Positions 13,515-28,566 of a stretch of 64,000 nt of DNA are shown here, piece after piece. Numbering within the stretch: position 1 is the first letter of the stretch; each line of letters starts with the position of its first letter. Source of the stretch: Chrysomallon squamiferum. Its lineage: Eukaryota > Animalia > Mollusca. Location: NCBI GenBank assembly GCA_012295275.1, contig CM022673.1, positions 10,974,001 through 11,038,000 of the forward strand, in the 5' to 3' direction. Below the pieces are notes generated by a model. The model did no database searches. It was not told where the DNA came from and was given only the letters and a program-made list of their open reading frames with translations. Made by a program: the position numbers and the translations under genes.

Positions 13515-15481
13515 CTGTCTGTCTGTCTTAAATTTTTTCAGATGCTGAACATGTTACTGCTGCTTAACACACTGAAATTTGATTTTCTGAGCTGCTGCTA
13601 CCCACCTCATTATGAGGTGAAGAGATGCACTGGTCAAGACGCACACCAAACGCTGCATTCATGCCTTCATCATTTTCAGCAATCGTCGACTGACTGGCAT
13701 CGTCATGGTGACGCTTAAAACTCTTTGGCATAATTCTTCCTTTCCAGCTTGTCTTTATCTTTGCGGTTCCATCATCTAGACAAAGTTAAATACGATAATT
13801 AAAATGTAATTAAAATGTAAGTAAATTATTTAACGTAGTCATTCTCCTACATGAAAGTAATAGCTAAAGCTTCACTGATTTGTAATTAATATTAATATAT
13901 AAATGAACTTGAAAGATGATTTGGAAGATTATTATAATTCAAAGAACATTTGTTATGTAAAAATGTACACTTTTTGCCAAGTAAGCAATGCTAACAACCT
14001 CTATATAACCACAATCCTAAATGTGATATAAATATATGTATATATAATTATATTACATAATAGTATTCTTGAAATTCTTGAATTTCCTGAATTTGTTAAA
14101 TTTAAATACAAACAGACAAACAAACAAAACTGAGGAAATAAGACAACACACATTGAATACTATGATTAAATCTTGAAGCTTTGGAGAGTCATATTTTGAC
14201 TTACACACAAAATTCTGGAGACAAAAAACGTCTTTATTATAAATTTTAAAGTAGGCAATTTTCCACAATGTAAAATCTCAGATATATACAGACATATATA
14301 TGGAAACTGAAATTAAATTATACATTAATTAACCTTTCTCTGATTTCTTCCTTCTGAGACTTGGAGACGATGCACTCTTGTTTCTGAAAGACAATGCTGC
14401 TATCTTCTTGCTGGTCTTGTGCGAGGGCTGGGGTGAGGTTTTCGCATTGGCCGTGCCGAGGTCAGACATGGAACTCTTTCTGATGATGAGATCTGCACTA
14501 ATGATTCCCTGGTCCTGCAGGAACAAGATGCCAAGAGTGAAAACATCAGTGAAAAACATCCAAGATACAAAAGTTTTATTTCAGATCCAATGAAATACTG
14601 AACATATTTATATTAACATGTTTAAGTTGAATGTACATAATATTTCATAAAGTGATGAGAATACCAGTGAAACATGGATTTTCATTAAACAATGGATTTT
14701 TCTTATACACCTTCACATTCACAGCAAAATACAATTCTTTTGAAAAATGAGTTGGTTTCAGTAAAAAACCAATAAAAACAATAAAAAAAACTCAAAGAAA
14801 CAAGAACAACCAATTCCCATCCCAAAAATCAATGTAGGTGGTTTCCAGAATAGATAATTTTCTCTTAACAGTAGGACTGTGGTTCTCAAAAATTGCACAA
14901 TGTCTGGTTTATCTAAATGACATTTTATGTAAACTTATGATGTCATTAATTATTTGAGTGAAACACACAAAGTAAATTTTCTATGATTAGAGTTGTATAT
15001 ATACTGAGTTGGTTAACAATTTCATAGCATTTTTCCAGAAGATGGTTTTGAGCATGTTTTTCACAATTGACTGAAATATACATACATACATATATGTACA
15101 TATTCTGAAAGGTGAAGAAAATTGCAGATAACTGGCTGAACACATCTACATACAAATATAAAAATGCTGTCTTTAAGTTTCACTTCAAAAACACCCAATA
15201 TTCCAGACATTTTTTTGAAATTCTCAATCTGCCTGTGAATTAAACTAGTAATTAAGTCAGTTCTTACATCGCAGTCAGGATTGTTGTTCTGTTTGATAGC
15301 TCTGATCCAGGCCAGCATGTTATCTCTGTCCTCCGACTGGAACAGGTACTCCGAGCCGTTGTAAGTTATCAGTTTGAAAACATGTTTCTTCTTCTTCGCG
15401 TAGTCGTGTTTGATGTCAACCAGGCACGACTTTATAGAGATTGGGGTGTCCTCCAGATTAAACATGGTCTGAGAGAGGAAA

Positions 15482-15516
<35 letters not shown>

Positions 15517-15537
15517 CACCCAGTGGGAGAATGAGAG

Positions 15538-15633
<96 letters not shown>

Positions 15634-17672
15634 AATAGTATGAAATAAATAATTAATAATGATAAAGATAATATTAATAATTACAAAACTAATTCATATT
15701 TTATCAATAATTATGATAATGATGATAATAAAATAGTATTAATAATAATAATAACCAACATAATGATAGAATATTAATGATAAGAAATTCAATAATAACA
15801 AAAATAAGTAAGTCAATTTCATTTGTGATTTATGGTTATACTGCATACAAATGATCATTTTAGTATATTTAAGACACACACACACTAGTAGCCTGTATTA
15901 AGATTCTTACACTGGAATTTTCTCTTTTTTCTTTACAAAGAAACAGACAGTGACCTCGAAGTACAACCCACAAATCTTTCCATGAACGATCACCAAATTT
16001 CTGCAATAATAATAATAATAATAATAAAAATAGAAATAATAATGTTATAACAAAATAATTATAAAAATAATCATTGTAATAATAATAGTAATAGTCTCAA
16101 CAACATTAAAATTAATAGGAATAATAGTATTATTAAAATAAATAAATAATTAAATAATAATAATAATATTAATAATAATAACAATAACAATAATAATAAT
16201 AAAATAATTGTGAAAACAATAATTGCAAATGTCTCAGTAACATTAATATTAATAACAATAATAATATTAATGATGATGACAACAACAAGAATAACGTCAA
16301 ACGAATAACACTATGCACATATTTTACTCATACTGGTTTTTGCCTGCCTTTTTCCAGAGATTTCAGTGATCACCTACCTTCCCATCTGTGACTAAAGTCT
16401 TACACGTGAGCCAGCCCTCTCTCGTCACATCAGCCAGTGGACTGTCAATTTCAGGCTTACTGTGCTCTGTAGCTTCCATGATACTCGGAGTCTGCAACAA
16501 TCAAAATACTTCATCACTGTACATAGTAGTAATAAATATACTTCATGACTATACGTAGTAATAAATATACTTCATGACTGTACATAGTAATAAATATACT
16601 TCATGGCTGTACATAGTAATAAATATACTTCATGGCTGCATGTAGTAATATACTTCATGGTTGTATGCAGCAGTAAAAAAAAGAGAAAATATTCACGATT
16701 ATATATAACAGTATAAATATTTTATGATTTAGATGCAACTTTTATTAAAATTAAATATATATGTAATAAATGTATTATATATATATAAGTAAAATTAAAT
16801 TATTTAAGATATTAAAAACCACAAGATCCTTTTCCTAATCGGAGAACTACATTTTATTTGTTTTTTATTTTTACAATTTTCATAAGAGACATATACACAC
16901 ACACAACCACACACATATTACTTAATTCAGTTTGAGAGAAATACCACAGAGTTTAATCTTACCTTTTCTCCAAAGAAATGTTTGAGTTTCTTCAAATTTG
17001 CTGGACGAGGGGGTGTTCTAAAACAAAACAAAAAGGCCATTTAGTAGTTCAACAAATATTATCATTATTTATCCAAATCAATTTTCAGCTGCTGTTTAAT
17101 TTAGATACCTTTCTCTCTTATTCTGGGTTTAATAAATTTGGTTTCAGTTTGAACTTCAGTTTAACCTCTTACTGTAACAATTCCTAAAACAAATTAACAT
17201 GTACTAATTTCATTACCGATGAAGAAGAATTGTCTTTTTCTTTTTAACATGTTAATTAAGGTGATTCTAGTAAATTATAAATCTTCTAATGCATAGATAT
17301 TTGAAACTTTCTTGAAAGATGACAAACCCTGTATTGTTAAATTTCTTTTTTCATATACTGTATATATATACAGATATACCTGCATATATAAACACATACA
17401 GAAAAAAAAAATACAAATTCATCTATCTCGTTTAATGAAAAATGAACACAAAATAATTTTCTTTCTTATTAAAACTATAAAAAATAACTCATACTCTGCA
17501 TCTTCTGCTATAGCTAATGGTGGGAGAATGATTTCTCTATAGGCAGCTGGTTAGAGCGGTCTCTCGCTGTGGCCATCAAGTATGAGGTTCTTCTGTGTAA
17601 TTTCATAGCTTCATCTTCAGGAGAAGCTGTAATTTGTAAAAAATATCTTTAAAAATTACAAATTTTAATAGT

Positions 17673-17715
<43 letters not shown>

Positions 17716-19319
17716 TATATATATATATTTTTTTTTTCTATTATAAAACAATTGAATGAATCTGCATTAAAGAAAAAAAATATATAAAAAATATACTGCA
17801 ACATTTCTGGTGCAAACATTAAATGAAGCTGCAATATTAATACAAATAGTTGGGAGAAAAAATTAAAACTCTTTCATTTATTTATGTCATGAATAAGGAA
17901 CCAAGTTTCTTTTATGACTTTGTTAGTTTCTTCAGTTAGTAGGCAAGGAGGGCACATACCACGATATTTGTATACAAAGTCTAGAACTGGAATTATACCA
18001 AAGACATATCAAGAAAAATAAATACTCATCTAATGGTTTTATGAAAAAAAACGAAAAAATTATATTTCTTTCTTTTCTTACTTTTGACATAAATCAAGAT
18101 AGTTACATTAATTAAGTCATGTACAGGATTCAGATTCATCTATAACAAAATTTATAACAAAATTTGACATTTGTGACTGACTTTGATGATTTCAGACATT
18201 ATGAAAATTGACTTTCTTATTATTTGCTGAGTTCTGTTTTCATACTCTCTACACAAAACAACAGAGAGATATGTAACAACTAATATGTTTTATACATACC
18301 GACAGACTTGGAGCGCAGAATAACGTTTGTATCGGATGGAGAGACATCCACTCCTTTGACACTCAGGTTACTTTCACTTGAACACATAACTGCAAATATA
18401 TTTAAATTATAAGATTTGAGTTTGAAAATCCTTCTTCATTGTTGTAATTTGTTTTAAAGACAATTTAGTAACACTGCTTTGTAACTGTAATCCTATTAGA
18501 AAGAGTTTTAATGTATTTTTTAACTATTGTAATTCTTATTAAACATTTTGAAGTAAGGTGTTACAATTTAAAATAAAATAATATACATTCAACATGTTTT
18601 TGAATATGTTTAATTTATTTTACTACAACTTAAAACAAAACAAAAACATATATCCTTTGGATCGCAATTCTTATTTAACTTTTTAAAATGAATTGTTACT
18701 ATTTAAAAAAAAAAAAAAAAAATAACACTTTAACTAATCCAAATTAAAAGTTTATTTTATCTGTTTTATAATAATAATAAAAAATAAAAATAAAAAAATC
18801 CCTCAATATTAAAAAAAGAAAACAAAGTTGTTCAAGATTCACACCCCTACTATTTTAACATCTGAAAAAAAAATAAAATGAAAGAAAAATAAATAAAATT
18901 GCTGTGTTACCTGAAGGTGCCGAATTGTAGACTAAGCGTTTTTCTTGGATGGGTTCTGAAGTGAAGCTGACTGACGTTGTCAACGGCGTGGCAACCAACG
19001 AAGACATTTCTCCTGCAGTTTCCAAATTGTCTTCATTACTTGCAGCTTGGTTCTGTGAGTCTGTTGTAATAAGTAAAAATTATAATGAAAATTAAATAAC
19101 GTATGTAAAATGCACGTGAATTTAAAATATAGAAGTAAAATTAATGTTAACTTAGGTTCAGTGAAAAAGAAGAAGACTTTTATATTTTAATTTAAGATAC
19201 CTGGAGAAAAACCAGTAGATGTTTAGATATTTTTTTTTAAAGATTTATGATAAACATTTACTTTATTTATTTCTTTTGTTCACATATGCTAAATTCAGAA
19301 AACTTTATTAAAAAAAAAA

Positions 19320-19353
<34 letters not shown>

Positions 19354-22300
19354 CAGTAACAAGCACCAAAAAAAAAAAAAAAAAAAATCATTTAAAACAT
19401 TAAGGAAAAAAGGAAAAAAATAAATAAAGATTTTAAAAAAAGAAAAGAAAAAAAGATCACTTTTATCCCAACAGACATGCTACACACTGCCCACACATTA
19501 GTGAAACTCACAATGCTGTCTAGGTGCATTCACTGCCGACAGGTACGATGTCTTCCTCGCTGGCCGGTTTCCGTGGATACTCTCCTGTACAACATGTGCT
19601 GGAGGATAGGAAGCTTCAAACACGTTATCACCAAGACCGTAACTGACTGGTCTAGAAGTGAATTCCTGTTCCGTGACCTGAACCTGTTTCGTGGGTGTCG
19701 AGTCGCCAAAGAAAGGCACAATCTCTACAATAGGTGACGACGGGGCACTCGAACTGCCTGGGGAAACGTAAATCTTAATGGGAGCGTACTCCTGGTAGCT
19801 GGCAAGAGTTGCGGGCCTTTCGCCCTTGGGCGGGCTGGAGTGTTCACCACAGATCTTTCTCACCTTCACTTGTGGTTGTGCCGGCAACGCAGTCTGTGAC
19901 GATGGTGGTTGCATGTGTTGTGGTGGTTGTATTGGCTGCACCGACTGTGGAGGCTGTGTGGTTTGTGTTTGCTGGACAGGCTGTAGCGGTTGTTTTGATG
20001 GTGACTGCTGCTGCTGCACCGGTTGCAACGATGGTTGTATTGATTGTGTTGGTTGTATCAGATGTGTCTGATGCATCAGTTGTGATGGTTGTATTGGCTG
20101 TGATGGTTGCATTGGTTGTGTCGGTTGCATCAGCTGTGATGGTTGTATTAACTGTGATGGTACTGGTTGTGTCTGCTGCATCAGCTGTGATGGTTGTATT
20201 GGCTGTGATGGTTGTATCTGCTGCATCAGCTGTGATGGTTGTATTGGTTGTACAGGTTGTGCTGTCTGTGAAGACTGAATGCTCTGTGAAGCTGACTGCT
20301 GTGTAGAATAGTCCTGACTCGATTCAAACATGGCTGCTCGTGATGCCACTCCCTCGAACTTCTTGTAGCCAGTTATCTTCTGAATTTCTGTTTTGTACCT
20401 GTTGAAGTTGTTACCTGGACTGTTGTTCTCATTTTTACCTGCCTCAAACAAATGTTTTCTGTGGGACACAGAGGGAACAGGGGAAGATTTTTTCACCTCA
20501 ATGTTTGCGGACACCGGAGATCTCGTTAGGGCAAACGTTGTTCCCGACCGCGAGGAATCGTCTTTGTCTGCCTGAGGTGCGTACGAAGACCCCGCCTTGT
20601 ACTGCCTCTCACACACAGGAATTTTCACAACAAATGTTTTAGTTTTACTCTCAGGGGAACTCCGATCCTGAAACCTATCACTCGTTTGTAGCGAAGTTCT
20701 GTACCGCCCGCTCGTTCCATCTATGCTGTCCATGCTGGAGGAAAAGCGAAGGGCAACACTGGTCGGAGATTCAGAAACAACAGGAATATAGCGTCGCGAC
20801 GTTGTCAGCGAGTCTCGGGCCGCATCGGCGTCACCGCGTCTGTGATGCGACGTCTGCATTTCTGTGAGCGGCCGATGGGTCGACGGACTGTTCACTGTCG
20901 TGGACAGAGAAGACGTGGTTCTCGATCGCAGCATCACAACGGGGTCGCTGCCAGTGCTGCGGTGGCTGGACGGAGTGTACTGAGGGGGCAGAGTCTGTTT
21001 ATCATTCTGCATGTCAACGCACAGAGGTCTCTGAAGGTAACTTTGCTTCCTGGGAGAATCACCGATCTGGTTTCCGCTAGGGACACGAATGTTTTCCTTA
21101 GAACTGACCAGACCCCCACGAGAAAGATTTGAATCACTGCTTGATTTGTGTTCCGAAGATTTTGGAGGAAAATACAACCCGAATGATTTCTTTGGCGGAA
21201 AACAAGAAATATTAGCAGTCATATTGCTACTGTTAACAAGAGGGTTCTCCACACTCCGAGATTTCAAAATTGGCCTCCCTGGAAACTTGTCTCCAATGAA
21301 TTTATCCTTAGAGGGTGAATCACCACCAGCATACGATTTCCTTAGATCTGGTCCTGACTGGTCTTCATAGCGAGGAATTCTCTCTCTCTTTCTAACATCT
21401 CTAACTCTGACAGCTATCTTAGTCTCCCCACTAGAACTGCGATGTAGTGGGTCCACACTGCCGTATGTCCGGCTGTCTCCTTCATGGAATGAATAAGGTG
21501 GTGGGCAGTTCTCTAACTGTTCAGGATCAAGTGAACTGCTGCATAATGATTCTTCTGCTTGTGAGTGATAGGCCTGGAGTGAAAAAAAAATTAAAAAAAT
21601 AAATTAAATTATTAATTAAAAATAATTTTAAAAAATAAATAAGATTAATAATAATTTTGTTATTTTGAGATTCAAAAGCAGCAGTGATGTTAAAATAACA
21701 CTAATTTACAAACTAATGTATTTTTAACACATTAAACAGATAACCAGTGTCAGCATTCATAAATACATAAGAAAATGTTTTTTTCTTCTACAACTTGTTT
21801 TTCTTTCCACTACAATTTAAAACTTGTCTTGATTATATAAATTTCATGCATGTATTTTCTTTGTGGTGAAGATTTGGGGGTGGTATGCAAATGTTTAGTC
21901 TCTTTGGTTTATGTAAAGCATTACTCACCAGTTGAAGGATGTCTTCATCTCGTGGAACTACTTTCAGCTTAAGAGATTTGTCACTGAAAAGATAAAGAGA
22001 TTAATCTTCTTTTAAAAAGACAGTAAAGCAAAGTCGAGCTATTAATAATTTATTATTTTACAATAATTATATATATATTATTTATGGAGTTTTATTTGAA
22101 GCAGTAAACTTGAAAATCACTTAATGTAGTAAACCAAAAGATTATTAAATTCAGGAATCTTGCAAATTATTCAAACAGTAAAGCTGAGGGTTATTTAGAG
22201 AAGTAAAGGTGGGGATAATCAAAATTTGTAAACTTGAAGATGATTCAAACTATTAAATCTATTGTGAATTATTTGATTAACTAAATTATCATTCAAACTA

Positions 22301-25261
22301 GTATATCTTGAGGATTTTCAAACAAATAAATCTGGGGACTATCCATACTAGTATATCCGAGGATTACTTAAACCAGTAAACCTGTGGATTATCCATATTA
22401 GTAAACCTAAGGATTATCCAAACTAGTAAACCTGTGGATTATCCAAACTAGTAAACCTGAGGATTACCCAAACGTGCAAACCTGGGGATTATTTAAACCA
22501 CAAAACCAGAATATTGTACACATTAACAAACTTGAGTATCATTTTAACTAGTAAACGTTAGAATTATTCACACTCGTATTAGAAAACCAACCTCTGTTGA
22601 ATAAGGCTGATCACTTGAGAGTAGGTCTTGCCTGAAACAGACTGGCCATTCACTGACACAATCCTGTCTCCTGTGTTCAAACCTGCTCGGTGGGCTGGGC
22701 TTTCTTCTTTCACATTCTTGACAAATATGGTGTCCATCGGCTCCATGTTGCCTGCCCGGGATCCAAGCAGACCTAGAAGATTAAAAAGTACAGTTTATAT
22801 TATTAAATTATTTTGCCATTTTTTTTTGTTTTCATGTTTATGTAACGTGGATATATTCCGTATCAAATTGGGCTGCAAGAATGTTAACAAATGTAACAGA
22901 CCAAAGATGTATGTGTGTATATATGTGTATATATATATATTTGTTTGTGTATATATAGACACACACACACACATTCAAACACACGATGTCATCTTTATAA
23001 AAGTAATAAAAGTATCTTAATCAGATACAGACAAATTTATTTTTATCAAGTTGAAGTATCAGTATGAATACCTGTCTGCCAAAATATATACTTCATACTG
23101 TTTTAAAACCTTTTTTTTTTAAACAACTAAAACAAAAGAAACACATCCAGCATTATTTTTGATGTAAACAAAACAATCAGAAACATTTGTACACACCGAC
23201 ATGAAGATAAATTCAGACAAGCATATTTAAAAGAAATATAAGACAACACCCCTTTCAACAATTAAAAATAAAAAAATAAAAAATAAAACCCAAAAACCTA
23301 TCTACTCAATAATGACAGTAAATTAGACTTTAATTACAAAACGAATTTCTCTTTTACTTATGTCTCAAGTTACACAGTAAATTTTTATTGGGTAATTAGA
23401 AACTCAGAATGTAATATAAAATGCACACTTTAATTTCAAAGAAATTAAAACAATGAATTTGTTGGTGTTATTTTTTTGTTTTTGAGTTTATGTTGGTAAG
23501 AAAAGACTACCATTACGATATAGATTTCTTAATTTTGTTTTTAAATTACAACACATTACTGTACATAATGGGACCCCATGATAAATTAAGAAAAGAAGAT
23601 AGAAACCATGTCTTTAATGATCACACTTGATTATAAATAAAGTTTTAGTTTATGCAACAAATAAAATTGAAAGCTGGAATTATATACAGTGTATTTATTA
23701 TTTAATTATAGGTATACTTTAAATAACAAGAAAACCAAAAAAGTATCATTTCCAGATTAATTCTGACAGAAAAAGTAAATGTTTGAAGCATTCTGAGAAT
23801 GAAATGTAATCAGTGAGAAAAATTAGACACATGTTCACACATGCATGAACAAATGCATGGAATTTATACAGAACATTATATATATCACTACTGACTTCAT
23901 CCTGTCTGGAAAAAATATCTTCTTTTCTATTCAACTTACCATCACTGTCATATGCCCCATCATCCTCAATCTGAAAATATAAGATCAAAATAAATAAATA
24001 CATACCTACATACATACACATACATACATACATACATGCATACATGCATACAAAATAAATAAATAAATAATTTAAACAAATAAATAAATTTAATTTTATT
24101 CTATAATCACCTTTACTTTCTTTGACAGTAAATAAATTCACTTCTTACTTACTACAAAAGAAAAAAAACTAAAATCACTTCTTACATCCAGAAAAAAAAA
24201 AAAAACTAAAATCACAGACATCCAGAGGGAACGAACGAACAAGTACATAAACAAAATAAATAAGTAAATAAGTAAATAAACTTACACACTGGATGAAGTA
24301 AGCTCTGTATCTACTGCTTACTCACAAATGACTAATAACTAATCACATTTTACACTCAGACAGAATCTTAATTTCCCTTCTCAATTAAAATAAATACCAG
24401 AAACATCAGTCATTCTCGACACTCACACACTCACACTTTCTCTGTCAAATAATAACAAAAAAAAATTAAGTAATTAAACTTTGTCATCAGTATCTTCAAA
24501 TGAAATTTTTTTTTTTTTTTGAATTTAAAAAATTAATAAATAAAAAAGTTGTTCATTTTACCAAAGGGAAAAATACTTTAGTTACCTCACCATTAACACA
24601 GTATAAATAAATAAAAACATAATTTAACAGCATTAAACAGTTCTTAAAACTGATTGTAAAAAATGTATTTATTTATTTATGATAAAGAAAGAAACAACAT
24701 ACTGGCAACAGTTTTTCCCACAAGTCAGATTTATCTATCCACCAGAACAATGAATGAACGATACTGTGATTTTAACACAGTCTGAAACTTTTCTGCCAAA
24801 CTACAGTTTAAAAGTATAAAATAAGGTCACTTAGGCCATCACAAATTAAATGTTTGATTTTCATTCCTTTAAAAAAACAGAGAAAAAAAATATTCAATGT
24901 TTAAATGAAAATTATTATTTTAAAGTTTTTATTTTCAGAATATACTATAATTCAGAAGACATTAATTTAATATCCCATTTGGATAATAACTTCTGGTATT
25001 TATAATTAAAAAAATAAAAATAAAAATAAAAAACTGAATTAAAATATATAAAAAAATAAATAAACAAACATAAAATAAATCAAAATAACCATAATTAAAT
25101 TATAAAAAAATAAAAATAAAAAAAATATGTAAAATAAAATAAAATAAAATGAAACAAGGGTTTTATCCTTAGAGCAGACAGAAATGAAAACCTAAGATTT
25201 ATTTTATAATGGCCTTGATATCTACTTTTCATTAGTGACAGGTGATTGTTATTAGGGGTTG

Positions 25262-25292
<31 letters not shown>

Positions 25293-25589
25293 CATTTTTC
25301 TTTTACTGATAAAAACTAAATCCAAACAGCATGAAAAGCAAAGATTTATTTTGTAATGGCCTAACATTTACTTGATATCACTGACAGGTGATTGTCAGGT
25401 AAAAAATAAAAAATAAAATAAAAGATGTTCTAAGAGGCATACCTGTCACAGGTAACAGGTTATTTAACCCAGTTAGTTAGACAGGGTTTTATGCACGCTA
25501 GCAAAGAATTATCATACTTGACTTGTACAGAAAACTTATCTGACAAAATAACATGTTGTTCCCATTATAAAATACCATTGAGATCTTCC

Positions 25590-25657
<68 letters not shown>

Positions 25658-25845
25658 CTGTGTGTGTGTGTGTATATGCCTATGGATATGTTTATGTTCT
25701 AAATCAAAGCATCCTTTCTTATGAATAATTACACCTAAATTTATAATGAGAAGGGAAATAGATTAAAGAATAAAAAAAAAAAAAAATTCTGAATCAACTA
25801 TGTAATAATTGCAATCCTTTATATTCTATTAGAGGATAAATAATA

Positions 25846-25876
<31 letters not shown>

Positions 25877-25916
25877 TGAAGTAAATAATAAAAAAAATAA
25901 TAATAAAAAAAAAAAA

Positions 25917-25955
<39 letters not shown>

Positions 25956-27083
25956 AATAATAATAAAAATAATAAAAAACGAAGAATTAAATTAAAAAAA
26001 AAAATTGTCTAAATATAAAAAAAAAAAGAGGCATAAATAAATAAAGATTAAAATAAAATAAAATAAAATAAATAAAAAAGAAAGTGAAACCACTCAGCAG
26101 CCCCATGGATATTAACTACTTACTCACTAACTGATAACACCTACACAAATACACATCCCTCCCTGCCTGCAGCCTTCATCTTCAATAAAACACACGATGA
26201 CTAACTGCAGAGATTATGTAAAATTAAACAGAAACTTCCTTCTCACAGCCACTTTTTCATTTTTTAAATAAACTGTCTGGTGTAATAATTTCATAATTTA
26301 ATTTTATTACTCATCAAAACTAATAATGATCATGACTGGTTGTGTTAATAAATTTAAACAACTCGCAGTCGAGTAATTTATGGTACTAATTGATGATATA
26401 TCCATGCATGCATGTGTGCATATATATTGCAATGTCAAGATTATTAATTTTTCTTTAAATGCTTATTTAAAATATTTTAATAAATTTCTGTTCTTAGGGC
26501 CTACTAAATGTCTCAAAATAATTGTGAAACAAAATCTATACAATGCAAACCCCAAATATAATTTAAATTCTCTATAAACATTTAATAACATTAAATTTTC
26601 AATTTTCTGCATGGAAGATATATCGTTTGTATTTATTTAAGCACTAAGGTAAAAGAAGAAAACAGCATTCAATTCAAAATTTGAAACAATAAATGACATT
26701 TTTTATTATTATTTTTTTCTTTTTTTCATTTTATGTTGTTTTTGGGGGGTTTATGGGGGATTAAGCCTGTTTGAATAAGATAATTTTTATCTGTATGAAT
26801 AATATTAATTTATTTATTTATTATTATTTTTTTTAGATATTTTAATACACTTGTTTTATAAATAGGAATATAATTTTCATCTCTAAATTATGCTGTGATA
26901 TTACTCTTTATTATTCATATATTCACTCTTTCTTTCTTCTTTTTTTTACTGTCTGTATTATTTCTTAATCTATTTACATAATTTTTTCATTTACTTGTAT
27001 ATTTAATATTTCCTATGAATAACATTTATTTTGTCCTAAACAGCAATATAAAGTTAATTTATAATTTATCTGTAGGCATTTAA

Positions 27084-27125
<42 letters not shown>

Positions 27126-27545
27126 GCCAATATTACTTCTTAATTTATCTTGTTCACTGTTTTGAATAATGTATGTAGCTTCTTCACAATAATATCTACA
27201 GAACTGAACTGGTGAGGGATAAAAACTAATTAACAAAAATAAATGAATGATGCATGGTAAGTACATATGCTTATTAAAGAAAAAAGTTGATACACACGTA
27301 TGTATTTACAAGACACATGCATGTATATTTACTTAGTTCAATTACACATACATATATAAAAAGATTGCCTATGAATTATATTTATATATGTCTTATATAT
27401 GATTTGAAAAACATATTTTCATGAGGTAAAAAATTTGCACACAAACACACACACACACACACACTATTTATTGTTACATAGCAAAATACATTTATATATA
27501 TTTGACATAGCAAAATACAACAGTTTATATATATTTGATTTCTCT

Positions 27546-27585
<40 letters not shown>

Positions 27586-27602
27586 ACTCACTCACTCACA
27601 CA

Positions 27603-27648
<46 letters not shown>

Positions 27649-28531
27649 CCATAGCATATACATATGCTCTCAAAAACAATATTGATTTAGCAAACATAAA
27701 ATTATATATATATATATGTTTTACGTACGTTTGATTTACTTGTGGTGGGGACGTCTGGCGGGTACACTATGAAGTGGCGCAGAGTGAATCCAAAGCCCTG
27801 CTCAGTCCGGGGCACAATGACAGTGCGGGGTCCAGCCCACGATACTGGAGTCAGCTGCAGATCAGCCTGGAAAGAAGACAGAATGTTACTCATGTAGAAT
27901 TAAATTACAAGCAAAGCAGTGAACACCAACGTGTGTGTCAAGATCACTGACTTTGATAAAAACGATAACAAAAACAAAAAACAGTGAGTACAAAGTACAC
28001 CCGACAAAATACATGCAGAGATAGAGATAATGAGACACACACACACACACAGAAATACATTCAGACTTGTGACCATATAAATACATACTTAAAAACTCAT
28101 GAACACAAAATAGACAGACATAGACAGATACAAATAAACTCACACACACAGAAACATACATATATCAACACACACACACACACACATACATATAGACAAC
28201 ATAAATACAAACACAAATACAGACACCCAGAGATATATACATATACATCCATACAGACACACACACATACATACATACATACATACACAAAAACATAAAA
28301 TACATTATAAGTTCTTTTTAACAAATTTTCCCTCCCTGCTTTAATTGTTTCTTACAGTCAAAAGTGCTGAGTGTTTTTCTAATTAAACATTATCAAAATA
28401 AGTAAAAATCTGTCTTAATAAAAACATGAAAAAGGAAAACTGTCTGCCCAGAATAGCAAATCATAAATCATTGCTGCCAACAATTCTGATAAAGCCGTTA
28501 TTCACACTTAATTTATAAATGTACTCATTAA

Positions 28532-28566
<35 letters not shown>

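Noticed and set aside
19809-20306. Plus-strand Cys-rich (metallothionein-like) and Val/Ala-rich ORFs
   Set aside because: They are antisense shadows of the Gln/Pro repeat in the ARHGAP21/23 exon.
8147-21456. The 734-aa and 652-aa ORFs as independent genes
   Set aside because: Both have splice sites and phases that place them as exons of the single ARHGAP21/23 gene.
25175-25400. Local duplication of about 70 bp (AAGATTTATTTT.TAATGGCCT...TGACAGGTGATTGT)
   Set aside because: A diverged intronic tandem duplication with no coding or structural signal. The same applies to the short duplication at about 49534-49605.
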